A stretch of DNA of 63,201 bases, the filler included, from Octopus bimaculoides (Eukaryota), in NCBI RefSeq assembly GCF_001194135.2. It is 9 parts of 8 records of this genome, joined end to end, with 100 filler letters (N's around TTAATTAATTAA, not from the genome) between each part and the next. Parts side by side here need not be neighbours in the genome. Positions count along the whole stretch, not along the records: positions 39,100 to 44,576 come from NC_068987.1; positions 44,677 to 51,071 come from NC_068990.1; positions 51,172 to 53,362 come from NW_026368481.1; 6 more parts are not named here. One strand, given 5' to 3'. The notes under the pieces were generated by a model, which saw only the letters and a program-made list of their open reading frames with translations, had not been told where the DNA came from and made no database searches. Of the stretch, positions 39,486 to 52,584 are shown one piece after another. Each line of letters starts with the position of its first letter. The stretch's first letter is position 1. Position numbers and translations under genes: made by a program.

Positions 39486-40384
39486 CATATATAAACATAC
39501 ACTGTCACACACATATATGTGTGTGTGTGTGTGTGTGCATGTGTATAATCTGATGCATTTCAGCTTCATCGTCGTTGCTCTCTCCCCCCTCGTCGTCCTC
39601 TTTCTACTTCTCCTTCCTCTCCCCCTCCTGTTCATCATTATCATCATCATCATCATCATAATCATCATCATCTTCAGCACTCCAACACAACCACCAGCAC
39701 TAGCACCACCAGCACCAGCACCATCACCACCACCACCATCACCTTTTTGATAATCATTATTATTATGACGAGGATCATTATCAATGCTCAACATCGCCAA
39801 TATCACGATCATAATCCTTGCTCCACATTCCTTGTCACTGTTCTCATCCCCCTCCACCCCACTTACTTCCCTTCCTCCTCCTCCACCTTCCCTCCCCCCT
39901 AATCCATCTTTTCTATTGCGATTGTTATTGTTAATATTAATAACAATATCACATTAGCCATCGCCATCGTCAGTGCCGTCGTCATCTTCGTCATCGTTAT
40001 CATTGTCTACTTTACCATCTTTTTCTTCTTCCTATTGTTTTGCGATCATTATTGGCAAATTGTTAGAACGTCGGAATAAAAATTCCTTAAAGCGTTTGTT
40101 GCGGCATCTTAGGTTCTGAGTTCAAATCACACCGAGGTCAAATTTACCTTTCCCCCTTTTAGAGTCGATAAATTAAAGGACTATTCAATTCAAGCAGTTA
40201 TCGACGCTATCGACTGACCCCTTCCCTTAAAACTAAGCCCACCATTCGCCCCTGCATTGAATACTGTTGTCACATTTGCGCAGGTGATCCTGCGGATTGC
40301 TTAACCCTGTTAGATCAAATTCAACGCCATATTTGTAATGCTAGTGGTCCTGATCTCTCTTTTAAATTAGATTCACTCTCTCAT

Positions 40385-40745
40385 CGTCGTCGTGTGCTTT
40401 CCTTGTCTCCTTCCGATAAGTATTTTTATGGTCATTGTTCAGCTGCGCTCTCTTCTCTGGTTCCTCCTTTAAGAACTTATCAGCGATCAACTAGGCTTGC
40501 ATCCAGTTCTCATCAGTATACTGTGCAACCTCCTAAGTGCCGTAAAGCACTTTACAGTCCCAGTTTCTTCCCTCGCCCCTCTGAACTTTGGAATTCCCTT
40601 CCACAGCCTTCTTTCCCTCTTCAATATGACCTCTAATCTTGTAAGTCTAATTACATCATCACATATTGACTTCTGTCTAGCGTCCATTTTATTCTAGTAG
40701 CTCTTACGTTTTCAGTGGTCTAAGGACCTTGTAACGAGAGAATGC
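40385..40745 (+). mobile_element. LINE (CR1/L2/Jockey-group) RT C-terminal fragment
   Basis: KYFYGHCSAALSSLVP...STR...HQYTV...YSPSFFPRPSELWNSLP..FPLQYDL. Confidence 0.7.
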
Positions 40746-41094
40746 TTAAAGAAAAAAAAAAAAATGGGAGAGACACGTCTTTTTGTAGCTTGTCTCCTCG
40801 ACCGAGCTGAAACCATGTATCAAGCGTAGATCAAAATTGGGAGTTTGGGGAAATATATGAATGTTCACTGGGTTTGTAAAAGAGAGAAAAGCTAGAGGAA
40901 ACCAAAAGACGAATGATCACAATAAGCAGTCAGCTACCCTACCCTTGTCGTTACCACTCTCCAATGTAGGATTCCTCACCATACAGGTGACCAGCACAGC
41001 CGTAAGATGCATTATGGATCTATAGCAATTGGAAGGGTGTAACCCAACTCAAATAAACATTAACATCTGTGTGACGTGAGGGCTAAGATGTGTT

Positions 41095-41708
41095 AACCTC
41101 GTTAAGAAGCTCGATATTTGGGTTCCACATAAATTGAAAGAGTTTCACTTAACACAACGAATCAATATTTGCGATATAAACCTCAAACGTAATGAAATCG
41201 ACCTTTTTATGAAACGAATCATCACCGGTGATGAAAAATGGATTGTCTACAGTAACATCAATCGAAATCGATCATGGTTCAAGCGTAATTAACCAGCACA
41301 AATCACATCGAAAGCTGAATTGCCTGAAAAAAAGGTCATGCTATCAATTTCGTGGGATTACAAAGGTGTGTACTTTGAGCTGCTTCCAAGAAACCAAACG
41401 GTCAATTCAGATGTTTACTGTCAACAACTAATGAAACTGGAGGAAGCAATCAAAGAAAAACGGCCAGAATTGGCACCTCGTAAAGGAATCGTGTTCCACA
41501 TGACAATGATAGGCCACACACGTCTTTGCTAACTTGTAAAAAATTATTGGAGCTTGGTTGGGAAGTGATGCCACACCATATAGCCCTGACCTTGCACCAT
41601 CAGATTACCATTTATTTTGAAGTTTGCGAAATTTTTTGAATGGTAAAACTTTCAATAATGATGGTGACCTGAAATCGCACTTGCTTCAGTTTTTGGCTGA
41701 TAAGGACC
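41095..41708 (+). mobile_element. Mariner transposase pseudogene
   Basis: WVPHKL, ITGDEKW, KVMLSISWD, FELLPRNQTVNSDVYCQQL, YSPDLAPSDYHLF; stops and frameshifts. Confidence 0.9.
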
Positions 41709-41963
41709 NNNNNNNNNNNNNNNNNNNNNNNNNNNNNNNNNNNNNNNNNNNNNNNNNNNNNNNNNNNNNNNNNNNNNNNNNNNNNNNNNNNNNNNNNNNN
41801 NNNNNNNNNNNNNNNNNNNNNNNNNNNNNNNNNNNNNNNNNNNNNNNNNNNNNNNNNNNNNNNNNNNNNNNNNNNNNNNNNNNNNNNNNNNNNNNNNNNN
41901 NNNNNNNNNNNNNNNNNNNNNNNNNNNNNNNNNNNNNNNNNNCATCTCTGTATTTTAAATGAA

Positions 41964-42025
<62 letters not shown>

Positions 42026-42195
42026 ATATATATATACACGTATGAATACATATATGTACATACAAGCGCACGGCCATACTGATGTATAGCTGAGGTTCTG
42101 AATCTATGCAAATATATATTGATGTAACTATTTCTATTTTTGTATCCTTATCTCTGTACACACACACACACACAAAGCATATACGTGTCCACAAT

Positions 42196-42260
<65 letters not shown>

Positions 42261-42842
42261 GATCTATCTATCTATCTATCTATGTGTGTCATTTGTGTGA
42301 TCGTGTGTGCATAACATTTAGCTACCTCTAATGGAAGGCATGACATTTCTGTATTAACATGCATGAGTAAAGCATATTAATTAAAAATACATAGGCACAA
42401 TATAAACTTCGAGGCTGACACGCCTTACGCATTTGCACCTCTGATTAGCACGAGCACGGTAATATGCGCTTGTCTATCATCTAGATTTCTCCGCCAACGG
42501 TAAGTGTAGGAAAACAACGTTGGCAGGTGAAAATTAACGTATTTCAATAAGCCATTAAAACGATAAATAATAATAATAACAACAGTAATAATAACAATAA
42601 TAATAAAGAATTGAAAAATAGACAAAAATTTAAAAATTATATAAAAAAACACCCTGCTCTTTTGCTCATCTGATCATTACATACATACATACAAACATAC
42701 ATACAAACGTACATATATATATGCACACTTACACATGCAAATATGCACACCTACGCATACATATAAGTGTATATACTTATACATATATATATGCATTTAT
42801 GTGTGTATATATACATACATATATATATATGCATGTGTGTGT

Positions 42843-42900
<58 letters not shown>

Positions 42901-43282
42901 CCACATATATGTGTGTGTAGTGTGTGTGCATGTATGTATATGTATATATGTAATTATGCATGCATATGTATGTATGTATATATATATATATGTATGTATG
43001 TTTGTGTAATTTTCATTACACAAAATGGCCGTGAAGAAACCTAAATGTAGTTATTATGTGGGCTGACTTCCTGAAACTTGTGTGAACAATTGTATGAGAG
43101 GAAATAAAGAATGCCAAGATTTAAACATCAAAGTAGCCGCTACTGGTATCATTTCTCAGACAACAAGAGACACGGAGAAACGAGAACAAACAAATAAATA
43201 TTTAAATAAATAAATAATAATGTTAATGATAATGATAATGACAATAATGATGATTTTTAGTAACAACGACAAGAGCAACAGC

Positions 43283-43329
<47 letters not shown>

Positions 43330-44099
43330 TAATAATAATAATAATACAATCAGACACAAACATAGAGAATAAATGAATGCCCGTTATATTCGGAAGATTT
43401 TACAGACAGGCGTAGAAAATAGACCTTTCGTATATTCATTGTTCGTGAGGTAGGCGGTAGTAAAATGAAAAAAAGAAAAAAGGAGAAAAAATACTCCGAA
43501 AATAATATTGAAAGGCACAGAAACGGAGATGAGAGAAGAGAAAGGAGTGAGGGTGAAGGAGAGCGGGTGAAGGTTATAGGCGGAAAGCTATTTGTGTGTC
43601 TATTGATTGTTCTTTAGGGGGTTGTGTGCACGAAATTAGACTCTTTTGTGTGAGTGAGGTAAGCTTCGGTTTTAAGTATTGCATTGGGTAGCATTAACAC
43701 CTTGCTTTAGCGCAGTGGATCCTAACAGGATAAGCAGAGGAGCGGAGAGGGTAAGGGTACACACAAATACACACGTGCACTGGCACTCGCTTACATATAC
43801 AGGCACGTATTAAAAAGACGACATAATCACACGTACGCGCGCGCGGCGACATACACATAAACACACACACTCACACACACAAGCATACAGGCACGACGCA
43901 CACGTACGCACATACAACTTAGCACCTTTGCAAAGCAAAAATAGATACGAACATGTATACACGAGTGGGTCTGCATGTATGTATGTATGTATGTATGTAT
44001 GTATGTATGTATGTATGTATGTGTTTGTGTGTGTATGTGTGTGTATGTGTGTGCCTATATATCTGCTTTGAATCGGTGATACATATGCATAGGCATACA

Positions 44100-44156
<57 letters not shown>

Positions 44157-44176
44157 GTCTGTCTGTCTGTCCACGC

Positions 44177-44223
<47 letters not shown>

Positions 44224-44483
44224 CATGTTAATAGAAATAAATGTCCTTCAAATATAGCGGGTACAAAAAAGTTTCGTGCAAGCAAAGTTTTGTTGAGTGC
44301 TCAATATGCTTATTTGTCATCATCATCGTCGTCGCCGTCATCATCATCATCATCATCATCATCATCACTAGTACCCCCATCAAAACCACCATTGTACCCC
44401 TTCTTCCACCTCCTCCTCCTCCTCCTCCTCCTTCTCCTCTTCCTCTCCTCATATGTATGTAGTTATATATGTGTTTGTATGTG

Positions 44484-44552
<69 letters not shown>

Positions 44553-44843
44553 GTATATAATCTACATTTCTTTATANNNNNNNNNNNNNNNNNNNNNNNN
44601 NNNNNNNNNNNNNNNNNNNNTTAATTAATTAANNNNNNNNNNNNNNNNNNNNNNNNNNNNNNNNNNNNNNNNNNNNAACAAATAGTAAATGAGTATATGC
44701 ATATATACGTACAGGTATGTGCATACCGACATCCACCTGTATGTATAGGTGCATATCTGGGTACAGGACATTGCAAACAAAACGTAGACGAGAAAACACA
44801 AGCCACATAGAGAACATTCTTCTTCATCAGCTACCCCCGTATA

Positions 44844-44898
<55 letters not shown>

Positions 44899-45025
44899 AC
44901 ATATATGTATTATATATATGTATGTATGCCTGTATATATGTGAGATAATTTTCAGTATTAAAGTGAAAGTAATGCAGTGAAAATATGACATTACAACATA
45001 CAGTGTGTACTTATGTACACATACT

Positions 45026-45059
<34 letters not shown>

Positions 45060-45398
45060 CATATGTGTGTGTACATACGTATGCGTGTGTGTATGTATGT
45101 TAATATGTACACATATATGTATATATATTTGTGGGTACATACGTATGCGTGTGTGTGTGTGTGCATGTATATTTGTTTATATGTATTTATATGTACACAT
45201 ATTTATGTATATATATATAAGTGCGTGTGTCTGTGTACATTGTATGCGCGCGCGCTTGCGTCAGTGCGTGTGTGTGTGTGTGTGTGTACAAACATACATT
45301 ATGTGGGTGATATTTTCAACCGAGACGTTACAATCTAATCTGTTCCTTCAGGTGCCTGAATTCTGAGTATTTTTATTTTTTTTTTTTTTTTTTTTTTT

Positions 45399-45794
45399 TA
45401 CTTGTTTCAGTCTTTTGACTGCGGCCATGCTGGAGCACCGCCTTTAGTCGAAGAAATCGACCCCAGGACTTATTCTTTGGAAGCCTAGTACTTATTCTAT
45501 CGGTCCCTTTTGCCGAACCACGAAGTTACGGGGACATAAACACACCAGCATCGGTTGTCAAGCGATGTTGGGGGGACAAACACAGACACACAAACACACA
45601 CACACACATATATATATATATACATATATACGACGGGCTTCATTCAGTTTCCGTCTACCAAATCCACTCACAAGGCTTTGATCGGCCCGAGGCTATAGTC
45701 GAAGACACTTGCTCAAGGTGCCACGCAGTGGGACTGAACCCGGAACCATGTGGTTGGTAAGCAAGCTACTTACCACACAGCCACTCCTGCGCCT
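45399..45794 (-). mobile_element. tRNA-derived SINE family B with central microsatellite; other copies 45965-46126 (-), 54056-54460 (+), 56560-56780 (+)
   Basis: Head AGGCGCAGGAGTGGCTGTGTGG...GGTTCAGTCCC; tail ...TGAAACAAGTAA. Confidence 0.88.
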
Positions 45795-45907
45795 ATGAAT
45801 ACGAAAAAAGAAAGACTCTTTTTTTCAGTAATTAATAATAAATACAAAAATGATAGATCTTAGCCTTCCAAATAAAACCTGTCCCGCTTCTATACTTTTA
45901 CTTACGT

Positions 45908-45964
45908 CCACATGGTGCCTCCTCCACATGGTGCCTCCTCCACATGGTGCCTCCTCCACATGGT
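45908..45964 (+). repeat. 16-bp tandem repeat (CCACATGGTGCCTCCT)x3.5
   Basis: Perfect units, at the edge of a truncated SINE. Confidence 0.9.
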
Positions 45965-46355
45965 CTCTTTTACCGAACCACTAAGTTACGGGGACGTAAA
46001 CACACCAGCATCGGTTGTCTACCAAATCCACTCAGAAGGCTTTGGTCGGCCCGAAGCTATAGTAGAAGGCACTTGCCCAAGATGCCACGCAGTGGGACTG
46101 AACCCGGGACCATGTGGTTGGTAAGTATGAACATATATTTACTAGATTACTGATATCTATCAATGGTTTTCCCCATTGTGTTGACGTGCCAGTTTCTGTC
46201 ATTAACAAAAATGTCACTACGTTTGCCGACACGCGTATGCTAGTTTTAATACAATACACCATTTCCTCAAAAGAAAGAAAGAAAAAGGAAAAAAGTAGAA
46301 ATCTCATAGGGTTCATTTAATCATTGGTTAGCAGTATCAGACCCTACCCCACTTG

Positions 46356-46425
46356 GGTACTATTAAAGCAGCACGGACCCGAACGCGCAGTCGCGCGTCC
46401 GGGACCGTGCTGCTTTAGTAGTACC
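46356..46425. other. 70-nt GC-rich hairpin (33-bp arms, 4-nt loop)
   Basis: GGTACTATTAAAGCAGCACGGACCCGAACGCGC-AGTC-GCGCGTCCGGGACCGTGCTGCTTTAGTAGTACC; 30/33 Watson-Crick pairs plus one G.U. Confidence 0.85.
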
Positions 46426-47638
46426 AGTAATGATTTGGCTGTTATTTCTAGCATATCGAGTAATTGTGTTATTTAACCTCTAGGCAATATTAATCCAGCT
46501 TCTCACTATCATAAAGCGCATTGCAATAACCCTAACCCTGGTGATGGTCACAACCGGAGCGCTTAAAAAAAGACTAGCTACAGCTTTAAGGCTTTAGGAA
46601 AAGAGTGGATGGTCACAGTTGGAACGCTTTTAAAAATCAAGATAGTCATGGTTTGAGCCCTCTAGATAAAAGCTTGCTTTTGTGCATCGGCGCGCGCATG
46701 TGTAAAAAAATCGGGCTCGTTCTTTTCGATTTTGTAAATATTTTATTCTGGTTTCCCGACGTCCTAAATTGCAGGTGAAACTCGACCCAGATTTAGACAT
46801 AAAATTTATGAGTTGTTTTGCATATTTATGTCTAAATCTGTGATCAAAGAGTCCAGCCGTGTCCATTCCATCGGGAACATTGTCCAATATCATTTTTCTC
46901 TCTCTTTTGCATTAATAAAAATTTAAAAAATGTCAATTGAGGTAAAACCTTACTGCTATTTCTAACAAAATAAAATACGTAAAGCTCCCACGTTATTATT
47001 CATTCGATATAACAAAAAGAAACTAGTTTTGTAATCTCTACGTGGTTGCTTCACTTGCTAGAAATAGCAGCACTATCTCATTTAATGCACACTCGGTTGT
47101 TTTATATTATGCACATAATTGTTTGCGTTTTTTTCTTCTCACGAACCGAGATGGAAGCCTCTACGTGGGTGCCTACGAAAAATTAAATGAGCTGTTATAA
47201 AGGACTTTCTTCTATAATATAACATAATATAATATAATACAATATAATATTTAAATTAACGAAATTAAGTATCTAGGTCATTATAAATTCAGTGCGCAAA
47301 CTTTGAACGGTTTTTTTCTCTATATCCAACAAAATATTTTATAATCAGTAACGATATTATATTTCGTGATCAGTAAAATACCTCTAAATAAGAATTTCTT
47401 CTTAACACGTGTTAAGAGGAAAACTAACATACTTTCTTCGAATTCAGCTATTTATAGAATATCAAAAATTCTCGGGGAAATATAGTTTTTCCCGTTATCT
47501 TCGAGGCTAACGTTATAAATATTGTCATCTCGTTCGCCTTAGCTCATAATTGTTTTGAAAGCTGGAGAGAAGAGTCATCGCGTAATACTTCCCAGGATTT
47601 GTAACTAATTATAAAGGTGCAGAAAAGAAACAGATCCA

Positions 47639-48670
47639 ATGGACCACATCCCGCAGTCCTTCGAAGTCACCGAGGAATTCGGTATTAAATGGACGCATCC
47701 AAACTGTTACAGTTGTCTGGAATATATAGGAGGAGGCAGTTTCAGCAATGTGTCTATGGCTCATAACAAACTTAGTAACTCCACAGTGGCCATCAAAAAA
47801 CTGTCACGGCCGTTTGCCACGTTAATGGACACTAAACGTACATACCGCGAAGTATGTTTGCTAAAGCACATGAAACACAAAAATGTCATCGATCTGGTCG
47901 ATATATTTACAACAGCAATATGTAAAAACGATCTGGATAATCTCTACCTTGTTTCCACATTCTATCCGAGAGATTTGAAAATGATGTTGGAAAGCGAGGA
48001 GATGGGGTTACCCCTCATCAGGTCCTTGGTCTACCAAATATTCTGCGGACTTTATTATATTCATTCAGCTGGGGTCATCCACCGTGACTTAAAACCCAGC
48101 AACATCGGTGTTACTGCTGATAATTGCATCAAAATTATGGATTTTGGCCTGGCCCNNNNNNNNNNAACCCGATGGTACCGAGCACCAGAAATAATCCTGA
48201 ACTGGGAAAAATACAATCAAACAGCAGATGTGTGGTCTGTGGGTTGTATCCTGGGTGAAATGTTAACAAAACGAGCTGTGATACGAGGGCATAATTTCTC
48301 TGACCAAATGAAGCAGATATTATGTCTAGTCGGAACACCGGATTATGAAATGCTAAAGAAATTTACTTGTGAAGAAGCTGTTGCTATGATAAAACAATAT
48401 GGTACTTTTGTAAAACAGGATTTTTCAACTTTTTTTAATACCACAGATGAAGAGACACTTAATCTTTTGGATCAGATATTTAATTTAGATGTAGATAACC
48501 GAATCTCTGTGGATGAGGCAATGAAACATTGTTTCTTTGAGGACCATTTCCAACAGACTGATTTTATGCGTGCACAACATTTTTGTGACAGATATTCCGA
48601 TATGGAATTAAACAAAATAGAATGGTTAGGTCTTATTTACGAGGAAATCAAAAACGTCAATCCTGACTAA
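47639..48670 (+). CDS. Intronless divergent p38-family MAP kinase (MAPK14-like); retrogene candidate
   Basis: Single ORF with p38 hallmarks VAIKKLSRPF, KRTYRE..LLKHMKH.NVI, YIHSAGVIHRDLKPSN, DFGLA, TRWYRAPEI.LNW..YNQT.DVWSVGCI; 10-N gap at 48156-48165 covers the activation loop. Confidence 0.9.
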   Translation: MDHIPQSFEVTEEFGIKWTHPNCYSCLEYIGGGSFSNVSMAHNKLSNSTVAIKKLSRPFATLMDTKRTYREVCLLKHMKHKNVIDLVDIFTTAICKNDLDNLYLVSTFYPRDLKMMLESEEMGLPLIRSLVYQIFCGLYYIHSAGVIHRDLKPSNIGVTADNCIKIMDFGLAXXXXTRWYRAPEIILNWEKYNQTADVWSVGCILGEMLTKRAVIRGHNFSDQMKQILCLVGTPDYEMLKKFTCEEAVAMIKQYGTFVKQDFSTFFNTTDEETLNLLDQIFNLDVDNRISVDEAMKHCFFEDHFQQTDFMRAQHFCDRYSDMELNKIEWLGLIYEEIKNVNPD

Positions 48671-50084
48671 TACACAAATACACACATAAAAGTTTATACC
48701 CGCGCTATTTAAAGTATGTTTTCAGGTCATGAGTTGGTGTTAGCATTTCTCAAGTATTTACACTTCTTTATTATTGTTTCTCAATCTGATCTCTGTTCAA
48801 TATAAAAAATTTAAAGACATATAAATTAAAAACATTGTCGATATTCAGATATCACTGCCTTGATAAACACTGCAAAATTTTTTAATTGAGCAAAAACAAT
48901 AAATGAAGAAGAGAAATATATTTTAAAACAATATCGTGTTTTGTTATCTTTTAGGAATGTATCGTTGATTGTTAATTATTCTCTTAATTTAACAACTTCT
49001 ATTTTCTTAAACTCCCACCACCAGGTTATTTTATAATGCGCGCACTTGTTATATGTCATGCTACAAATAATTACAGGAACTGAGGACCTTTTAATCATTG
49101 TCAATTTCGCATTTACTAATTGGATGTTTATTTCATTGTTGATCGGTGTATCTTGGCTTTTCCTTGTTTATATGCTTGCATTTATTTTGAAATTTTTGTT
49201 TATTTCTACACATCTCTTTGAGTGCTTCCAAACGCGACGATATATATATATATATATATTCGAAACGTCAGGTTAGAATAGAGACAGCTAATGAAGGAAT
49301 ATTCCAAGTGGCTTTCCGTTTTCCTATGTGTTCGTTCCGTTGTCTGTAGTTCATTGTTCTAACGTCCTGTACCCTGATATGCATATATATACACATGTAG
49401 ATGTACATATGTGTATATACATGTATATATATTCTTTGTATTATTATATATATATATATATATAGTGCTTTAATTTTATGTATTTTTAAGAATTTAAATA
49501 TAACGGATCGGTTGTACATTTAAGAGAAATGCGAATCTCCACTTTGTAAGCAAGGCATGTATTTAAGGAAGATTGTCCGTATTTAGTTTCAATGCTATGT
49601 AAATTTGAATTTTTAAAGTTCATGTTTATTTACAAATAGTGAGTAATCCCCCACTTTATAATCGGTACTGTATTGGCGTGAGAGAGAGAGAGAGAGAGAG
49701 GTGGAAAAAATAGTAATCATATATAAATACATATTTTAAGCCAAAAGTCACACAACTAACTTTTGTTTGGTAAATCATTAATGAAAAACTGTCCTAACAG
49801 GTAATTTTTCAATAAGAAAATAGTCCTGGCATTTAGTTTTACATTTAATTATCGTGTTATGAAATAGACGATGAAAGCATTTAGTAATTAAACTACAATA
49901 ACTAGCCTACTACTACTATGTAACTAGTACTTTCAGTTTGTACCACGGTGCATTTTAAGCTTTACAACATCTGCGTACATGCTAATTTATCTCACATGAG
50001 CGAAACAGTTGAAGCTGAGGAAGGTACCATCTGAAGTTGGTGGTATCGTGGTAATGGGTTCTTGGATACATTGTGTCTTTATTT

Positions 50085-50220
50085 CATTCCGTTTGGATTT
50101 GAAAGCAGCACATAAGAACGTGCAACGTAGTCTGATTCGAGAACTTATGCTTTACTCGTTCGATCTGGGCCATAAACGCCGTGGAAGCAACGAAAAACAT
50201 TTGTTGTGCGAAAGGTGATG
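50085..50220 (+). mobile_element. Mariner transposase N-terminal fragment
   Basis: IRELMLYSFDLGH...AVEATKNICCAKG (frameshifted). Confidence 0.6.
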
Positions 50221-50272
50221 GCTCAAGTGAGATCTTATGGTATTAGTTACGAGAGTGTTACTTATAGACTGT

Positions 50273-50622
50273 GGAGGCGCAATGGCCCAGTGGTTAGGGC
50301 AGCGGACTCGCGGTTTCGATTCCCAGACCGGGCATTGTGAGTGTTTATTGAGCGAAAACACCTAAAGCTCCACGAGGCTCCGGCAGGGGATGGTGGCGAA
50401 CCTTGCTGTACTCTTCCACCACAACTTTCTCTCACTCTTTCTTCCTGTTTCTGTTGTACCTGTAATTCAAAGGGTCAGCCTTGTCACGCTGAATATCCCC
50501 GAGAACTACATTAAGGGTACACGTGTCTGTGGAGTGCTCAGCCACTTGCACGTTAATTTCACGAGCAGGCTGTTCCGTTGATCGGATCAACTGGAACCCT
50601 CGTCGTCGTAAGCCAACAACAA
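50273..50622 (+). mobile_element. tRNA-derived SINE family C; another copy 51585-51953 (-) with TSD TAACCACGT
   Basis: GGAGGCGCAATGGCCCAGTGG...GGTTTCGATTCC; homologous to 34105-34485. Confidence 0.88.
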
Positions 50623-51022
50623 CTTATAAATCACGTGGGTTTATTTACATTTCTGAAGACGATCGTCGGTTTCTGTAAAAAATTTTAGATTTTTTTTTTT
50701 TTACATATGGAGTTGTGGGGAAAAGGGGATCTCTTGAAGTCGGCGTAAAAGCGAAAGAGACAGAGAAAGCGCGACTGGATCAGGGAAGTTCTTTTGAAGT
50801 TGGCGTGACGTGTGTGTGCGTGTGCGAGACAAAGTGTGGTGTGTATGTGAAGTTGTTTTGTTAGTATGTGTGAAGAGACAGAGCAATGGTGCTGGTGTGT
50901 GTATATGTGTGAGAAAGAGAGATAGGGTAGGTATGAATGGCTTCAGTAACACAACACACGCGCACACACACATATATAAATACAAGATCTACATATACAT
51001 ATATATGTATAGACATACATAG

Positions 51023-51071
<49 letters not shown>

Positions 51072-52527
51072 NNNNNNNNNNNNNNNNNNNNNNNNNNNNN
51101 NNNNNNNNNNNNNNNTTAATTAATTAANNNNNNNNNNNNNNNNNNNNNNNNNNNNNNNNNNNNNNNNNNNNGGCGAGGGGGCGTAACGGTCAGTCTTAGT
51201 GGTTCTACATGTTAGTGTTGCTTGTGGTGGTTGTGGTGGTGGTGGTGGTAGTGGGGGGGGACTGTTGGAAATACATGTGCGAGAGTGTGTGTGTGTGTGT
51301 GTGTTTGTACGTGTGTATGCATGCGTATGACTGCGAGTGTGAAATACGTATTTGTGTATGTGTGAGTATGCGGATGTTCCAGTATGTGTATGTCTGCATA
51401 CGTATGCATGCGTGTATGTGTACGTGTGTCTATGCATGTGTATGTATGCGTGTACGCATACATGCACGTGTTTGTACGATTGTCTGCATGCGTCTATCTA
51501 CACCTGGCCAAAACGCCACGCAATGGGATCGAACTCAGAAACAAGTGGCATATGTGAAACGTATTTTCTTAACCACGTCGCTGTTGTTGTTGGCACTCCG
51601 TCGCTTACGAGTGACGAGGGTTCCAGTTGATCCGACGATCAACGGAACAGCCTGCCGCTCGTGAAATTAACGTGCAAGTGGCTGAGCACTCCACAGACAC
51701 GTGTACGCTTAACGTAGTTCTCGGGGGGGGGGGGATATTCAGCGTGACACAGAGTGTGACAAGGCTGGCCCCTTTGAATTACAGGCACAAAAGAAACAGG
51801 AAGTAAGAGTGAAAATTGTACAGCAGGGTTCGCCACTATCATCCCCTGCCGAAGCCTCGTGGAGCTTTTAGGTGTTTTCGCTCAATAAACACTCACAACG
51901 CGATCCTATGACCGCGAGTCCGCTGCCCTAACCACTGGGCCATTGAGCCTCCACTAACCACGTTAGCCATGCGACAATAATATATTTATATATTTCTTCG
52001 TTTTCCTTTCACTTATTATGGCTACATTTACTTCATTTCTCTTACTTTTTTCTCACCAATCAATTCATGTTACTGTTGTTTTAGCTATAATTTCGTTTTC
52101 ATTTACTTCGTTTTCTTCTTCCCTTTCTTCAGTCAATACTTATACACACGATCGTGTTCTTGTTGTTGTTGCGATTATATGTATAGTTAGCATTTTCTTT
52201 TCCTTCTTTAGCTTTCTTTTTTTTTCAGTCAATAATTTAAGCAGACGACAGTGCCGTCCATGTTGTTTTATGGGTTTTTGTTGCTGTAGTTGCTTTTTGT
52301 TTGCCTTCGTTTCGTTTTTTTCCTTTGCTGAGCTATTTATGGCAAGAGAGAGAGAGAGAGAGAGGAGAGAGGGAGAGATAGGGAGAGAGAGAGTGTGTGT
52401 GTGCGTGTGTATGTGNNNNNNNNNNNNNNNNNNNNNNNNNNNNNNNNNNNNNNNNNNNNNNNNNNNNNNNNNNNNNNNNNNNNNNNNNNNNNNNNNNNNN
52501 NNNNNNNNAGACAATGTCAGACATGTG

Positions 52528-52570
<43 letters not shown>

Positions 52571-52584
52571 GGGTAGATAGATAG

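Noticed and set aside
46366-46376. AGCAGCACG resembling the miR-15/16 seed within the hairpin
   Set aside because: A short match with the rest unrelated, and that family is not expected in molluscs; chance.
46525-46542. AACCCTAACCCT as telomeric repeat
   Set aside because: Only two units; not an array.
49255-49385. CGAAACGTC and CTAATGA/CCTGAT in a (TA)n-flanked element as a hammerhead
   Set aside because: Half-motifs are in the wrong order and stems I/II could not be closed, even if permuted.
50273-50345. tRNA-like sequences with A and B boxes (also 34410-34485, 45720-45794, 51880-51953)
   Set aside because: Heads of tRNA-derived SINEs; no complete cloverleaf, they continue into SINE bodies, and two copies have TSDs.
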